25,310 bases of DNA from a virus. Taxonomy: Duplodnaviria > Caudoviricetes. Location: positions 1-25,310 of IMG/VR virus record IMGVR_UViG_3300033566_000008; one strand, given 5' to 3'. The notes under the pieces were generated by a model that was not told the origin of the DNA, did not search any database, and worked only from the letters and a program-made list of their open reading frames with translations. Shown here in pieces: positions 25,136-25,310 of the stretch (position 1 is its first letter; each line of letters opens with the position of its first letter). The position numbers and the translations under genes were made by a program.

Positions 25136-25310
25136 TCTGCTGGGCCTGGCGCCACTGGTCGAACTCGTCGCGCAGCCAGCGGCGTGTTTTCTGCGACAGG
25201 CGGATGACGGGCTTGGGAAAGTCCGGGCGGGTGACGACGCGCTGGCAAGCGTGCTTTGGCGTCACGGCCAGTGCTTCGGCGATGTCTTTGGTGGTGATCA
25301 GTTCTTCCAT
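25116..25310 (-). CDS. xis: Excisionase / AlpA-like recombination directionality factor
   Basis: LITTKDIAEAL...PDFPKPVIRLS...RRWLRDEFDQW winged-helix signature; convergent with int and overlapping it by 20 bp. Confidence 0.85.
   Translation of the reverse strand: MEELITTKDIAEALAVTPKHACQRVVTRPDFPKPVIRLSQKTRRWLRDEFDQWRQAQQIRAAGQ

Noticed and set aside
1-25310. CRISPR array, DGR (reverse transcriptase with TR/VR), intron or invertible tail cassette
   Set aside because: I saw no regularly spaced repeats, RT or invertase gene, long duplicated segment or interrupted core gene.

Overview
This GC-rich window is the late half of a temperate, podovirus-like (short-tailed) phage, probably from a betaproteobacterial host (inference from protein style and att target). 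Gene order on the + strand: RusA-like resolvase (5'-truncated), small hypotheticals, an HTH protein, terS, terL, portal, scaffold, major capsid, head-tail adaptor, tail nozzle, GNAT-like protein, four internal/ejection proteins, a receptor-binding module (anchor, beta-helix tailspike, SGNH esterase), holin, M15 endolysin and Rz/Rz1. These are followed by an intact attP (3' end of a tRNA, probably Leu, flanked by arm-type repeats), a tyrosine integrase and a convergent excisionase. Three things are not explained by the ORFs. (1) A ~415-nt, densely base-paired minus-strand ncRNA candidate (23446-~23862) with its own sigma70 promoter, three tRNA-type T-arm modules, a loop-loop pseudoknot and an ACCA end; integration would place it just downstream of the host tRNA. 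(2) A five-copy phage-specific late promoter motif (ATTCGATCAAAAAAG ... GCNNANT), two copies of which put the predicted +1 on a start codon. (3) One copy of that box doubles as the -35 of a divergent leaderless small membrane-protein gene. All family assignments come from motif recognition by eye; no searches or folding programs were run.
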